A DNA stretch of 56,509 nt from Cercozoa sp. M6MM. Lineage: Eukaryota > Protista > Endomyxa: Ascetosporea. Shown piece by piece: positions 1 to 19,707 of this stretch (the stretch's first letter is position 1; each line of letters starts with the position of its first letter). The translations under genes and the position numbers were made by a program. Location: the NCBI GenBank assembly GCA_040357565.1, contig JBDODJ010000074.1; one strand, written 5' to 3'. The notes beneath the pieces are model-generated. The model had not been told where the DNA came from, did not search any database, and saw only the letters and a program-made list of their open reading frames with translations.

Positions 1-6988
<6,988 letters not shown>

Positions 6989-7440
6989 GGGCCACAACCG
7001 TCGTTAGCAAGGCCCTCGACACTACCGATAGCGGCTCTGCCAAGTAAAAGCACTGAATCAGTACCACTGTACAAGTACTGTGCGCGTAGAGCTGTGCTCG
7101 TCTGAAATGCTGATCGATTCGCCAGCCACCGAGAAGTTGCTGTCTTTTCTGCGATTGCTTCTGTGCCAGTTATACGACTTGCGATCAAATGACCACCTGC
7201 TCGTGTGTTTTGCTGCCAACATGACATCGCGCAGATACCACTCAATTGTCACCCTAAATACTGCGCCAGAGCAGCGTCAGGATGACGATCAACACTGCTT
7301 TTGACAGCATATTGTTTAATGTTTGTCCTTCTTGACCGGTATAGTTGGACTAGACCAAAAAAGACCCGCCCGACAGCACTGGCAGCTCTGCATTGCAGCA
7401 CACGCAACGTCGACATTACCGAGTGTGTGTACACATAGCA

Positions 7441-9070
7441 ATGTACGTGAACCCGATCGTCGATATCGACAAGCTGCGTCGGGCGCCGCTGCCGGATAAC
7501 TGGTGTGTACATCTCTGACTGCGCTTTAATGGCCTGCACATGGTTCCTCGGGACCTGTTCCAGTGCGTTTTAGCGTGCGTGTGCAGCAATCGGAATATTA
7601 TTTGGCTTTTGCTGGGCTTGCCGTGCCGTCGTTGTTGTTTGTATTTGTGTCTGGATTGCCATCGAATGTAGGCACCCGCACATGTACTACACGCCGCAGC
7701 GCTCCAAGCTGAGCGAGGTATCGTCCCACGTTTGGTCCGGATTCAATGCAGAATTACATGTGCCATTGGAGGTAGGCCGTGCTGCGCTTCCTGGTCAAGC
7801 AGGAGACGGAGACCAAGCTGCGTGCGATGAAGGGCGAGGACACCTTCCTCAAGACCGTGAAGCGCTACGTCTACTCGTGGACCGTTGGCACGGTAGCTTT
7901 TTCTCTTGTCTCGCACGCTTTTGCGGGCCAAGGTGTGCTTTGTGTGTTAGGCCGTCACCGCCGGTCTCTTCATGGCCGTGCGTTCGTCGGGCATGCAGGC
8001 TGCCAGCTACTTGAAGCGGTAGACTCTCCTTTGTTGCGTTTTTGGCAGGCATATATGCGTGTGTGCGTGTAGCATGCGCATTGCGCCGGCGTTCTCGATC
8101 ATGATGGTCGCCAACCTTCCGCTCTCGATGTACTACGTCGAGTCGAAGATGCACGATGACCAGATCAAGGTCATGTACAACCTGTCGGACGAGGAGTACG
8201 ACCTCATCCAGAACGTGCACTCGCAGGGTACTTGATCGTTTCTTTACAGACATCGTGGGGTCTATGCTCGCACTGTGCAGGCCTGGCCGGCAACAACTCG
8301 CTCAAGGCCATCATCGTGATCTGGGCGATGGTGTTCGCCGCATACTACGCCTACACGCGCAGTACGCTTTCCCTTAGACAGTCACTTTGGGTCTGAGTGG
8401 AAGTGTGGGTATGCGCAGACGCCAGTCTGTCGCCGATGACGCGCATGCTGCGTGCTCGTTTCGCCGGTCACATCGCCGGCTTCCTCGCCGTCGGTGGCAT
8501 CGCGTGTGTTCCCCTGTCCTATGTCATGTGCGCTGTGCCCCCGCCTCCTGATGTGTGTTTGTGTGCAGTGCCATGTACACGACTGCCTTCGGTCGCGCCA
8601 GCATCAAGGCCCGTGACGTACACTGTCCTTAGATCCTGTTTCTGTGTGTCTGTGCCTGTGCCTGGTACCGGTTTATCGGTCTTGTTGAGACAGGCCTATC
8701 TGATGGACGTTCCGCACCACCCGAGCGCTGTGGCCGCCGCTGAGCGCTACACGTCGGCCAACCTGCGCTTCTGGTGCGTCTTCCTGTGCCTCCTGTGTGT
8801 CTGTTTGTTGTGTATGTCCTGGTGTGCTTGTCTGCAGGGGCAGCGAGGACGGTCCCACGGACGAGCAGAAGACGGCCGTCTTCAACTACTACAAGCGCAA
8901 CCCGGTGGCGCGCAAGCACGACTTCCTCACGGTACTCACTCACACGCTGGCCTGCTTTGAGGTCCGTGTGACCGACCTGTGTGTACGTGTTGTAGGGCTG
9001 CAAGGACGAGGACCGCTACATCCCGGACATTGGCCTCGTGCACGATCGCGACTTTGTGTACCCCCACTAA
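7441..9070 (+). CDS. Probable mitochondrial inner-membrane HIG1/Rcf-like protein
   Basis: MYVNPIVDIDKLRRAPLPDNW|HPHMYYTPQR... joins in phase. Several TM segments. NNSLKAIIVIWAMVFAAYYAYT...SLSPMTRMLRARFAGHIAGFLAVGGIA resembles the HIG1 'MxARxxAQ' motif. Ends HDRDFVYPH*. High GC3 in exons. Confidence 0.6.
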
Positions 9071-9501
9071 GCGTGGGTCATGCCAGTATCTGAGTTGCGC
9101 GCGCGTTGATTTGTCATCGCACGGCTGTCACGCTGCATAAACGCCGTTCCTACGAGTTTTCGTTTTACCTTTTAACTTTGAAAATTTAGGAGGGACACGT
9201 CATGAATCGACTGCTCGAGTGCTATCCACTCGACGCGCCCGATCACTAATGATGCTGAGAACACGGCTAGTTGTATTTATACAGCACACACTGGGGTCCG
9301 TAAAACGAGCTATCTTGTATACTGAACCTGATCAGCATGGGGGGACGAACTGGCATAGTTTCTTGAACTTACTCTGACACTGGGGTACCGCAACCGCAAA
9401 CGTGCTGCACGGCACTTTACTCACTCAGTCGCGATGGACTCCAAGTCGACTGACGCGACCAGACTCGACGCGCTTGGATACGACTCAACCTTGGAGACAG
9501 G

Positions 9502-12500
9502 TCAGCTCGCGCTGCCGAGCACTTGCGCCGCCGACGGATGCGCAGCCTTCTTCTTTCTCCTATCCGTACATGCAGTATATAGAGAGGAAAGCAGAGGTGG
9601 GACAACAGGGAGCAAGGGTGAGGTACCTGATCGAACCAAAGAGCGATCGACGACGTGGCGCCGTCAGCTCCGACGACGGAGCTAAGCAAATAAAAAGGGA
9701 GTGTTATGGAAGAGGGGCTATAGCAGGAAGAACAAAGATTGCTGCAGATGAGCTACAGGAATTGGGATCGATGACACTCGTCATGAGGGAGCTTCCGCGT
9801 CCACGTGCACTGCAATTAACGGGAGGTACCAGGGGGATAACGCGAGGGAACAGGGGGGGGGTACCTCGGAGGAGAGGCACGTGGTGACAGTCTCTACACA
9901 TGCAGGTTAAATGCAGAGGAAAGTGCCAGGTGCAACACATGATAACGAGGGAAGGGAGGGGGTACAGGTTCGCTAAGCGGCGACAGACGCGACTGCACCG
10001 AGAGCGACTGCGCACGCGATAGCGTCGGTGCCGCACCTGCGCAGAGTCACACACACACACACACGTGATCCACTAGGCACGTGGTCCATTAGGACCATAG
10101 TTGGCACACAGTGGGCACACAATGTACCGGCAGGTGACGTTGGCACCACAGAAATTGAGTGTCGCGCCTCCGATTGCTGTTAAAAAAAGGGCATATGCAA
10201 TATGAAGAGGGTCCGAGACACAAGGTACAGGAGGTGCAAGTGTCGTCTCGCCGCCATCCGAGGTTGACTGCAGCACACCGGGTAAAGCGCAAAGGGCAAA
10301 GGGCAAAGGGCAAAGGGCAAAGGGCAAGGGCAAGGGCAAGGGGACAAAGGAGCAATGAAGGAGGCCCACCTCTGACTCTGCCGACAGAGGACTCCTGTCT
10401 GTGGGCAGAGGGAAAGAGGGTAAGGTTAAAGGAGATGATGGGCGCAAGGGTACTCTTATCGATGCCAAGTGCTTGCGTGCGCAAGTGCACCGATGAGACG
10501 CGACCCTTTGGCTACAACACACATACGGTCCAAAATGTGTGGTTCCAAAAAGAACACTCGTAAGAGAGAGTGTGTGTGTGTGTTGCTACCTTGCTCTTCT
10601 TCTTGCTGGCACGTCGGAAGAAACCGACGCGACTTTGCTTCTCTGCGAATGCTTCGTCCTGCAGACAGATGGGAGGGGCGTCTCGAGAAGGGGCTCAAGG
10701 GGTCCAGAGGTGGGTCAAACTGACCTCGCGCAGTCGCCGCTGCTCCTCGGCACACGCGGAAATGTCCTTCATCCACTCGCGCTTGTCGCGTGCCGTCGGG
10801 CACGACACTGCAACAAGAAGGGGAATAAAGCCAAGGGGAATAAAGCCCGTCTCCGGATAAAAATGTAGGAAGGGAAAAAAGAATCTACCAATGATGGTCG
10901 TCTGTGCATTGCGACGTCCTTCAGCAACAAGGTAAAGGTACAAAGGTCAAGAATACAAAGACACAAAAAACAAGACGGGTACCCTTCTTGCCACTGCCGG
11001 TGAGCATTTCGAAACAGTGTCCTTTAAAGAACTTGCTGGGCAGGTCGCGCACGTCAAAGTTCTAGGGAATGTAATCACAGGCTTAAGGCAGGAAGGAAGG
11101 AGGGAAGGAGGGAAGGGAGGAAGGAAGGGAGGGAGGAAGGGAGGAAGGGAGGAAGGAAGGGAGGAAGGAGGGAGGAAGGAGGGAGGAAGGAAGGTGGGGG
11201 GGGGTTAACCTCATCCAGCGGCAGCACATTGACGAGCTTGAGTTTGCCGAGCGCCGTGGTCGACGCGTAGGCCACCTTGTCGTTCAGCAAGAAGAACTCG
11301 TACGTCTTCTCCTCGGCTGTCTTTTTCTTGCCGAGCTGCGCGCGGTCCGGCTGTCGGGGGGGGGGCAAGGGGAAGTAGAGGAGGGTGCAAGGGACGGTGT
11401 CAGAGCTACCATGTGAGTGAGCTGACCGCGGCGTATCAGACGTCGCCGACCGGTCTCATCCCAGCCAGGTGACGTGGCGAACTGAGTGACCAACGGGAAA
11501 TGAACGGGGTTAGGGGCGGGAGGGGGTGATGCTGGGGAAACACTACCTCCTTGCACAGACCGATAACAGCTTCGAGTTGCTCGCGTTTGCGAATACTCTG
11601 AAATCAATTTAAATATATTGAGTTTCCGCGCGGAAGCGATGCGGGATCCTTTATGTGGGGTCTCCTACCTCGTTGACCTCGCTGGCGGCCTGTTCGACCA
11701 ACTCGAGTGCCTCCTGCAGCTCGTGCTTCTCCTGTCCGAGCGAGTCGGGCGTGCGCTTGATAAGGTCCGCCAGCAGCATGCGGTACCGCGGTGGTCGCTG
11801 GATCGGCATCACCAGGAAGCTGTGCGCACACAGACAATTGATGGTGTCCTCTATCCCTGTACCCTCTACCCCTGTCTCCTCTGTCCTGGCCATGTGGTAC
11901 CTCTCGAGTGTCTGGCCGCGCAGTCGCGGATCGGTCAGCAGCGACGCGAGTTTCTCCTGGTAGCCGCTCTCTTGACTCAGGTCCTGTCCACACACACAAG
12001 GAAACGGTCGCACAGAGACATCGCTCAGGCTGCAGGATCCTGCTACAGTCAACCGCTTCCGCGCGGAGCAGTGATTTTGCGCGAAGCGCTCGTACACCTC
12101 GAGTTCGGGCACTCTACACGCAGACAATGCAGGTGCTGAAGGTAAGGTAGGTAAACGGGAAGGCTACAAGTTCTTGAAACAATCGGCGAGTGATGGTGTT
12201 CCCTAAGAATACAACAAAGGGAGGGGGTCAACTGGAAGGTGGAGTGAGGCGGGGTAGGGGGGTGGGTGAAGGGGTGGGGTGAAGGGGTGGGGTGAAGGGG
12301 TGGGGTGAAGGGGTGAGGTAAATGGAGTGACAGCAGAACCTACCGTGGTCTTGTAGTTGGTGAGGTGCGTGAGAAACACCGAATTCACCGAAAGCACTTG
12401 TTGCACGTCGTCGAGCATGTCCAGCACGGTCTGCGTCTTGGCGTGGCCCTGTCCAGAACCAAAAAAAAAGTGCAACTGGACAGTCGTCCATCCGGACAGA

Positions 12501-12723
12501 CACTACCTTGTACTGGCCGCGCAGGTAGTGCAGCAGCGGGCGCACGACGACCTCGCAGGCCACCTCGAGCGACTGCACGTAGGACAGCTCCGTGCTGAAC
12601 ACTTCATTCAGGATGTGTTGCCGCTTCGTGCTCTGTTTCTCCTCGTCCAGCTCCTTCTCTGTGTTGGGACAGAAACATGAGGAAGGGACACGAGGAAGGG
12701 ACACGAGGAAGGGACACACACAG

Positions 12724-12780
<57 letters not shown>

Positions 12781-12790
12781 NNNNNNNNNN

Positions 12791-12865
<75 letters not shown>

Positions 12866-13537
12866 AGCCTAACACAAAACACACCGAACTCGGCAGCAGC
12901 GTCGTCGAGAATGGCATCAAAGTCACTGTCGCTACACCAAGGAAGAAGCATCGGCAAGCGTATACGCACGCACACAGGAGAGGCCGGAGAGAGTACATGG
13001 CATCCGAGTCGAACACGTCCGGCTCGGCCACCTCTGGCGGCAGGTCTAGCGGCACCTGCGGAGGCATCATTGACGGCGGCACCTGCGGAGGCATCATTGG
13101 TGGCGGCACCTGCGGAGGCATCATTGGCGGCGGCACCTTTATACACAGTCAGTGTTCACTTGCATTCCTGTTGAGTCAATCATTGGTACCGGTGGCGGCG
13201 CCTGCGGGTCCTCGATCGGCGGCGGTAGTGGCGGCGGGCCCATCTGCTCAAACACCCACCCACAATGCGCATGAAACAAGTAAACACAACACAGACTAAA
13301 CACAGACTAAACACAGACTAAACACAGACACAGGGGAAGTGCATACCGACTCGGCAAGCTGCTCAGCGAGCAGGCGCTGCTCGTCGAGCGACGCCTGTTT
13401 TGAATTACCTGCACACACTTACAGCAGACATATGCGACATTATCGGTATGACAAGGCGGCTTTGAGTCAAAAGACAACCCAAAGCAAAACCGCGCGGAAA
13501 GAAGAAAAACAAAAGGAAACCGACCTGCAGCGGGCAT
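9502..13537 (-). CDS. Dbl-family RhoGEF (DH plus PH domains) with Pro-rich N-terminus and Ser/Arg-rich tail
   Basis: KRQHILNEVFSTELSYVQSL (DH CR1); LESFLVMPIQRPPRYRMLLADLIKRTP (DH CR3); RRLIRRGQL...YEFFLLNDKVAYA...DKREWMKDI (PH). Termini approximate. Confidence 0.88.
12722..12865. repeat. (GA)n microsatellite with N gap, intronic
   Basis: Seen directly. Confidence 0.95.
13047..13137 (-). repeat. Coding 27-bp tandem repeat x3 (VPPxMMPPQ) in the RhoGEF N-terminus
   Basis: ggcacctgcggaggcatcatt unit repeated on the + strand. Confidence 0.9.
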
Positions 13538-14444
13538 GTGACTAGAGACGGCCGGCTGTCAACTGATGCACACCCACGCGTGACGTGTGCACTGTGTGCG
13601 GGACCGCTGGGGTGCGTATATCACTCTGGCACACCTCTGGCGTGTTCTCTCGTCTCGATTGGAACAAGCCGCCGGCCATTCAATAATTGATTGGTGAAAG
13701 GAGATCACTTTTGCCGAGGTGGTACAGTACTGAATAGTATCACGGTTGGACCGTCCATTCGGACGCGCCGCTCGACTACAGTACTGCATGATCAAGAGAA
13801 ACAGACTACAGAACAATACAGTAGGGTGCACTGCACAAATAGTGCGCACGAAGCATACGTACCCTAATACTACACGGCAAGGTGGTATTTCGGTATAGTA
13901 CCAGTTCAATTGTGACTGAACTATTTCTGCTTGTACATAGTGAGTAATCATAGCTAGATGCTGACCGCAGTAACCAATTAAATTTTACACTGACAAAACA
14001 GACTTGCAGTCAGCTACAGTACAGATTACAGTCCAGACGAATTTGCAGATTTACAGAGTAGTTGTACTGCCACGGCGGTTTTCGTCCGAAGCCACGGAGG
14101 CGCGCCCATTGACGATGACTGTCCAGAGACAGGGATCGAAGTCACCTTCCTGTGACTCTCGAGTCCTCTAGTTCGTTGACAGTTTAATTGTGTGTTGTTT
14201 AGCGCAATTCGAATTGTGTATGTGATACTGAGATGATCTACGTTACACCCGACGTCATATCGTTGATTGTCGTCGCCCACAGAATGTTTGACGTCCACCA
14301 CTTGGCCGATACGACGCGATTCTTGTAGCCCACAGCCAATCAGGATTGATCTCGCTCTGATCTCGGCCTCGATTTCTGCTCCGCAATTTTCGCGCACCTT
14401 CTGCTTTGTGTCTATTGTCTATTTGCATACACAAGCCTTTCACG

Positions 14445-15127
14445 ATGAAGCTCCTCCTGTCTATGCTGGCCGGTGCGCATCTTCTGTGTTGCCCGTCTGC
14501 TGTTTTTGTGCGGTTTGTGTGCCAGTTTTCTGATTGTTGTTGCCTATTCGCAGCCACGGCCGCCGCCGCCGAGCTGGCGCCGGTGATCTCGTACATGTCG
14601 CCGGACCTGGTGCTCGAGGGCGAGTACATCGTTAAGCTGCGTTCGGGTAGCATACTTGTACAGATGTGTGATAAGATTTATGGGGGGGTAGGAGACTGAC
14701 TAAGTCCGCTTTGATTCCGCAGACGTTGACCTTTCGCGCGTGCGCTCGGTGCTGGCGGAGAAGCAGATCCCGGTGGAGAAGCTCGTGTCGATCGGCAAGT
14801 CGTTCAAGGCCTTCCACGGCTCGCTGACGGACGCTCAGCTTGAGGTCGTGCAGCGCCTGCCGTTCGTTGAGTTTGTCGAGAAGGACGCCGTCGCCACGGC
14901 GCTCGGCGTGCAGAACTGCGGTTCGGACTGCTCGTGGGGCCTGGACCGGTACCTTGAATGAAACTCAGCGTGTCGATGATGTGTTGTCTATATTGGAATA
15001 ACACATGTGCTTGTGTCTGTGTCTATGAGCAGCTCGGACCAGGAGCAGCTCCCGCTTGACGGCAAGTACTACTACTCTGACGCCGGTGGCAAGGACGTCG
15101 ATGTCTACGTTGTGGTGCGTCTGTCTT

Positions 15128-15177
<50 letters not shown>

Positions 15178-15187
15178 NNNNNNNNNN

Positions 15188-15237
<50 letters not shown>

Positions 15238-16220
15238 TGTTGTATGCCTGGTATGAGTGAGTGTGCAGTTGCTTCATTTATGTATACGTTATGGTTGTGA
15301 CATAACAGGACACTGGCATCAACACCAAGCACGTCGACCTCTCCGGTCGTGCCGTGTACGGCGCCGCCTTCCCGGCCTCGTCGAGCTACCCGGACACGGA
15401 CTGCAACGGCCACGGCACGCACGTAAATTTACCTGATCTGACTCCACAGTGGTGGGTGTACTCACGGGTGTGTATCTGCAGGTCGCCGGTACGGTGGGTT
15501 CGGACCATTATGGCATCGCCAAGAAGGCCAACCTGATCGGCGTCAAGGTGCTGTCGTGCTTCGGCTCGGGCGCCTTCTCGGCCATCATCGACGGCATCGA
15601 GTGGGTCACGGCGCAGCACGAGAAGAGCGGCAAGGCCTTCTCGGTGTCGAACATGTCGCTCGGCGGCGGCCGTCACTCGGCGCTCAACGCGGCCGTCGAC
15701 GCCTCCACTGCCGCGGGCGTCGTGCACGTCGTGGCCGCTGGCAACTCGCGCGGCAATGCGTGCAACCTGTCGCCGGGCGGCGCCGACACGGCCTTCACGG
15801 TGGGCGCCTCGGACGCCAACGACCGTCTGGCTTCGTTCTCGGAGAAGGGACCGTGCGTCGACATCCAGGCGCCGGGCGTCTCGATCAAGTCGCTCTCGCA
15901 CGTGCCGTACCGCAACCCGGACGACGTGCCGACCGGCACCTCGGTGCTTTCGGGCACGTCGATGGCGTCGCCGCACGTTGCCGGTGCTGTCGCTGTCAAG
16001 CTCAGCGAGCAGTGCTCGCGCGGCCTCAAGTCCTGCCCCTACTCGTCGGTCGAGGAGGTTGTCGAGGCTGTCGTCGCCGACGGTATCCTTGACGCCGTGC
16101 CGACGCCGGCGGTATTTGCCGCCCCTCCTTGTCAACAAAGCACGGCATGTCTATGTGTGTTTGTTTGTGTTTGTGTGACAGGACACCACGTCGACGCTCA
16201 TGTACATCCCCCCGAACTAA
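14445..16220 (+). CDS. Secreted subtilisin-like serine protease (S8A, proteinase K type) with I9 propeptide; paralogue 1
   Basis: Signal peptide MKLLLSMLA; prodomain EYIVKL...FVEKD; WGLDR; catalytic motifs [22 protein letters not shown] and SGTSMASPHVAG; ends LMYIPPN*. Confidence 0.96.
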
Positions 16221-16639
16221 AACGCCAGGCCAAAAGGCCTCTCCCTCTGCCATCCCGCCGCCGCGATTCGCGCGACCGACTGCAATTGGGAATTGCGTAT
16301 ACAATAGTCGTATACAATAGTCGTATACAATAGTCGACGTATACCAGAGTCGACTTGAATGATTAGGAATTTATAGCTCAACAAAGCAGCTGCATTCTCG
16401 TGTTTTGAACGGAGCGTTTAGTTGAGTCTTCTAGCGTGGCTCGGCCGTCGCGACTCAATTGTCGGGAACCCCATCCTCGGGAAAGCGGAAGACGTACTCT
16501 GCGCTTATTACCGGGCACATTGCGTGGTGTACTGTTGCGGATCGTGGTGTAGATGTGTACGCGTGCACATGTGTAGATGTCGCCGTGGTTGTAGGCCAGA
16601 CACAAAGGGATTGGTGCTAGAGAATCCGGGTCGAACAAG

Positions 16640-16756
16640 AGGCAGCGCCGGCAGTAGGACAGTTGCTATCGACATGTTTGCCGCTGTTGTGCAAAACCAA
16701 ACTGTACCGGAGAACTTCTTGCCTGACTTCTTGTGTTGTCGAGTCACCCAGGCAAC
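16640..16756 (-). pseudogene. Relic fragment of a third subtilisin paralogue
   Basis: Exon 16708-16756 ([16 protein letters not shown]) matches exon 17754-17802 of paralogue 2 at 41/49 nt. It is followed by a 24-nt GT-AG segment and AANMSI (VANISI in paralogue 2). No catalytic motifs flank it. Confidence 0.8.
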
Positions 16757-16975
16757 CTGCGCAAGAGGTTGTCATACGGAGAAGGTCAAAAGAAGTGTAG
16801 TACCGACCACCCTGGCTGCTCCTCGAAAACAAGAAGCAAATTCGACTGTCGTGTTGTAAGGACTGTGTCTCATTAGAGCTGGTGAGACGCCACTCAAATC
16901 TAACTAACCACTCAGGCAGTTTTATTTTAGTCTCGGGGTTCGTCGCCGTTACAGGAGACAACTCGGCCAGTAGGC

Positions 16976-19416
16976 TCAGTAAGTGTACTGCACAAATATC
17001 ACTCTCCTCTCTAGGTCGAATAAAGATGAGTATAAAAACTTACGAGAAGCTTGTCCGGTGTGCCGTTTTTGGGAGAGACCTTGCCGTGCGTCGCCTTCTG
17101 GAGCTGACGCGCGATGACACTCGGCACGTCCGCGAGCTCTTCGCCTTCCTTGGCGATCGTCTATGCCAACAGAGCCGCACATGATTCCACAACAGTAAGA
17201 CAGTCAAGCGAGAAGGTACAGCATACCAAAGCAACGGCACCGGCAACGTTCGGAGTGGCCATTGAGGTGCCTGAGATCACGGCACTGCCGCGCGGCACAG
17301 CGTCATCCATCCACGGCAGGTGCGAGAGCGAGCGAATGTCGACACCCTGTTCACAAGGAAAACTATCCTGCAAGAACATGTACAGTTGAGTAAGAACGGT
17401 GCTACAGGCGCCAGGATATCAATGCAGGTTCCCCAGTTGCTGAAATCGGCCAATTGATCGTTCCTGTCGGTGGCACCGACCGTCAGAGCTGCCGAAGCAG
17501 ATGCCGGAGAGCCTGAACCAAACCAGTACATTCAGTGACTGTAGTGCAAGGTGTCTACTCCTGGGGTAGTACGCATGCACGCGTCCTCGTCGCTGTTGCC
17601 TGCCGCCACGACGAAAACAACGCCAGTTTCGGAAGCTGCCGCGATGGCGTCGTTCATGGCCGGCGAGATGAAACCGTCGATCGAAATGTTGGCCACTAAG
17701 AAAGATAAACATCGTACTATATCAAGTGAAGGGTACCAAGAACAACTGGATACCAGAGAACTTCTTGCCCGACTTCTTGTGTTGTTCACTCGCCCAGGCG
17801 ATCTGAGGACATCATGAACAAATGTAGTTTTCACTTGACTTCACTCTCGGGCATAGTTGCAGCAAACCGAGTTCAGAGTGCCCAATGAAGCACCAAAGCC
17901 GTTGCAGTTCAGCGTTTTAACACCAACGACGTTTGCCTACACAGCCACATAAAATTTATGTGTCATAACCAAGGCAAGGTACGCAAGCTTACCTCCTTGG
18001 CCACACCATAAAGTTTGTCGGCAATTGTGCCGGCAACATGCGTGCCGTGTCCATCTGTAAAACACGTCTGGTAGTACAGGGAGTACCAGTATAATACTAA
18101 CAAACAAATAAATAAATAAATAAATATGTTTATATAAAAATAAATTTATATAAGAAAGTACTGCAATCAGTGCCGCAGCCTCGCGCCGACGGGTTAGCTT
18201 CGCCGGACAGGTCGTAGCACACGCCGTGTTTGGCCCGACCCTCTAGTTTATTGGCTACATTGACCAGCAGCACCGTTGAAAACAATACGAAGGATACCAA
18301 AGGTTGGAGCTCGCGTATTGACGCCGCTATCTGCGCTCCACCAGGTCAGTTCTCCTCCCCCATGAGTTAAACATGTGTGACAAGGACTCCTCAACAGTAA
18401 TTTACCAATCACGTAGACATCGACGCCTTCCTGTGCGCAGCAAGCAGGATAAACTGTATCCATAAACACAACCGAACTGAACTAAAGAGGTATGAGTACG
18501 CCAGTCGAGTCGACGTGGTACTTCTCGTCCAACGGCAGCGACACTTGGTCGATCTGTGCCAAACAGAGAGTTTAAACTGCGCGATGTTTGTTTTTTTCAA
18601 AGAATGGCGAGGCTCACGCGATCTAGGTTCCAAGTACTGCACACCAGTCAATATAAATAGGAGTGAAAGCAAGAAGGCAAGGAGTTCAGGTACCACACGC
18701 CGTCAACATCGGCACACGGTTGAACGGAAGGTTGGAGTTCCTAATGACATCATCAGATTCATACAATACCCACTGAAAAAGGCGCAGTTTTCAGCTTATC
18801 GATCAATACCTGAGAGGTGCCGATGGCCCTGACGAGAGTGACCTGCTCGAGATAGTGCACGCCCTCACTGCAGACAGATCAGTTTCATTGAACAAGATCA
18901 GCGATATGTTGTTCCTGCAGATTGAGAATACAAGCGGCGAAGACTCTCGAGTTGCTCCGAGGTGAACTCTCCCGAGATGGCCTGCGGGGGAGGGGGGTTA
19001 AGTTAACAAATTGATAAACACTGACGCTGGGGTTACAGTAAGGGGCGCAATACCAAGAAGGAGTCGTTCACGTTGATCTTAGAGATGCTCGCATAGTTGA
19101 GACCACCGACATCGCGCTGACGTAGGGCTGCAAGAGCGCGCTTGAACTCAGTCAGCGCGCCCTTGCGAAAAACCACAATGAATTTGTTGTCGATGACATG
19201 CTCCTGCGTCGCGTACCTGCCCACGCACACGTATGCACTCTAGCGCAGCACTCAAGAATCCTGAAATTCCCGATACGAAACAATTGGCGCAACGCTCTCG
19301 GCGAAAACTGAACCAGCGCAGCTGGCGAGAGCTGTGCACACACGAGGTGCTTTCGCGGAACTGACAACTGTGCGTTTAAAAGCAGTAGGACCAAGCACCG
19401 ACAGCAGAAACTTCAT
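16976..19416 (-). CDS. Secreted subtilisin-like serine protease, intron-rich; paralogue 2
   Basis: [15 protein letters not shown] signal; KFIVVF prodomain; [41 protein letters not shown] and [12 protein letters not shown]; ends GTPDKLLYTY*. Confidence 0.93.
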
Positions 19417-19707
19417 TGCACTGAATGCGGGGAACTACAAAGTCGTAGAGAAGTGAAGCAGGGAGCAAACGCTGAAACTGCGATGGCTGAAGGTGGTCAC
19501 CGCCGATCCTTTGAACACCGCACTACTTGTAACGGAAACGGCTCGGCGCGGCTGGAACGGAATCGAACTTTTGTGGTGGTACTGGGCCGAATGATGGGAT
19601 GGATCGATTGCCTTGTTAGCTTACTTCTTGTTAGCAATTTTGTTTGAAAAATAAAGTTGATTCAGTTCGACGAATGCATCGCATTCATCGAGACAGGTCA
19701 CGTTCAG

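Noticed and set aside
13715-14035. Repeated TACAGTA motifs (also 43355-43480) resembling Tc1/pogo element ends
   Set aside because: No paired terminal inverted repeats, target-site duplication or transposase could be identified.
16455-16975. C-terminal extension of subtilisin paralogue 2
   Set aside because: In-phase splicing gives DKLL|YTY* at 16976, the normal subtilisin end; the downstream similarity is a separate relic.
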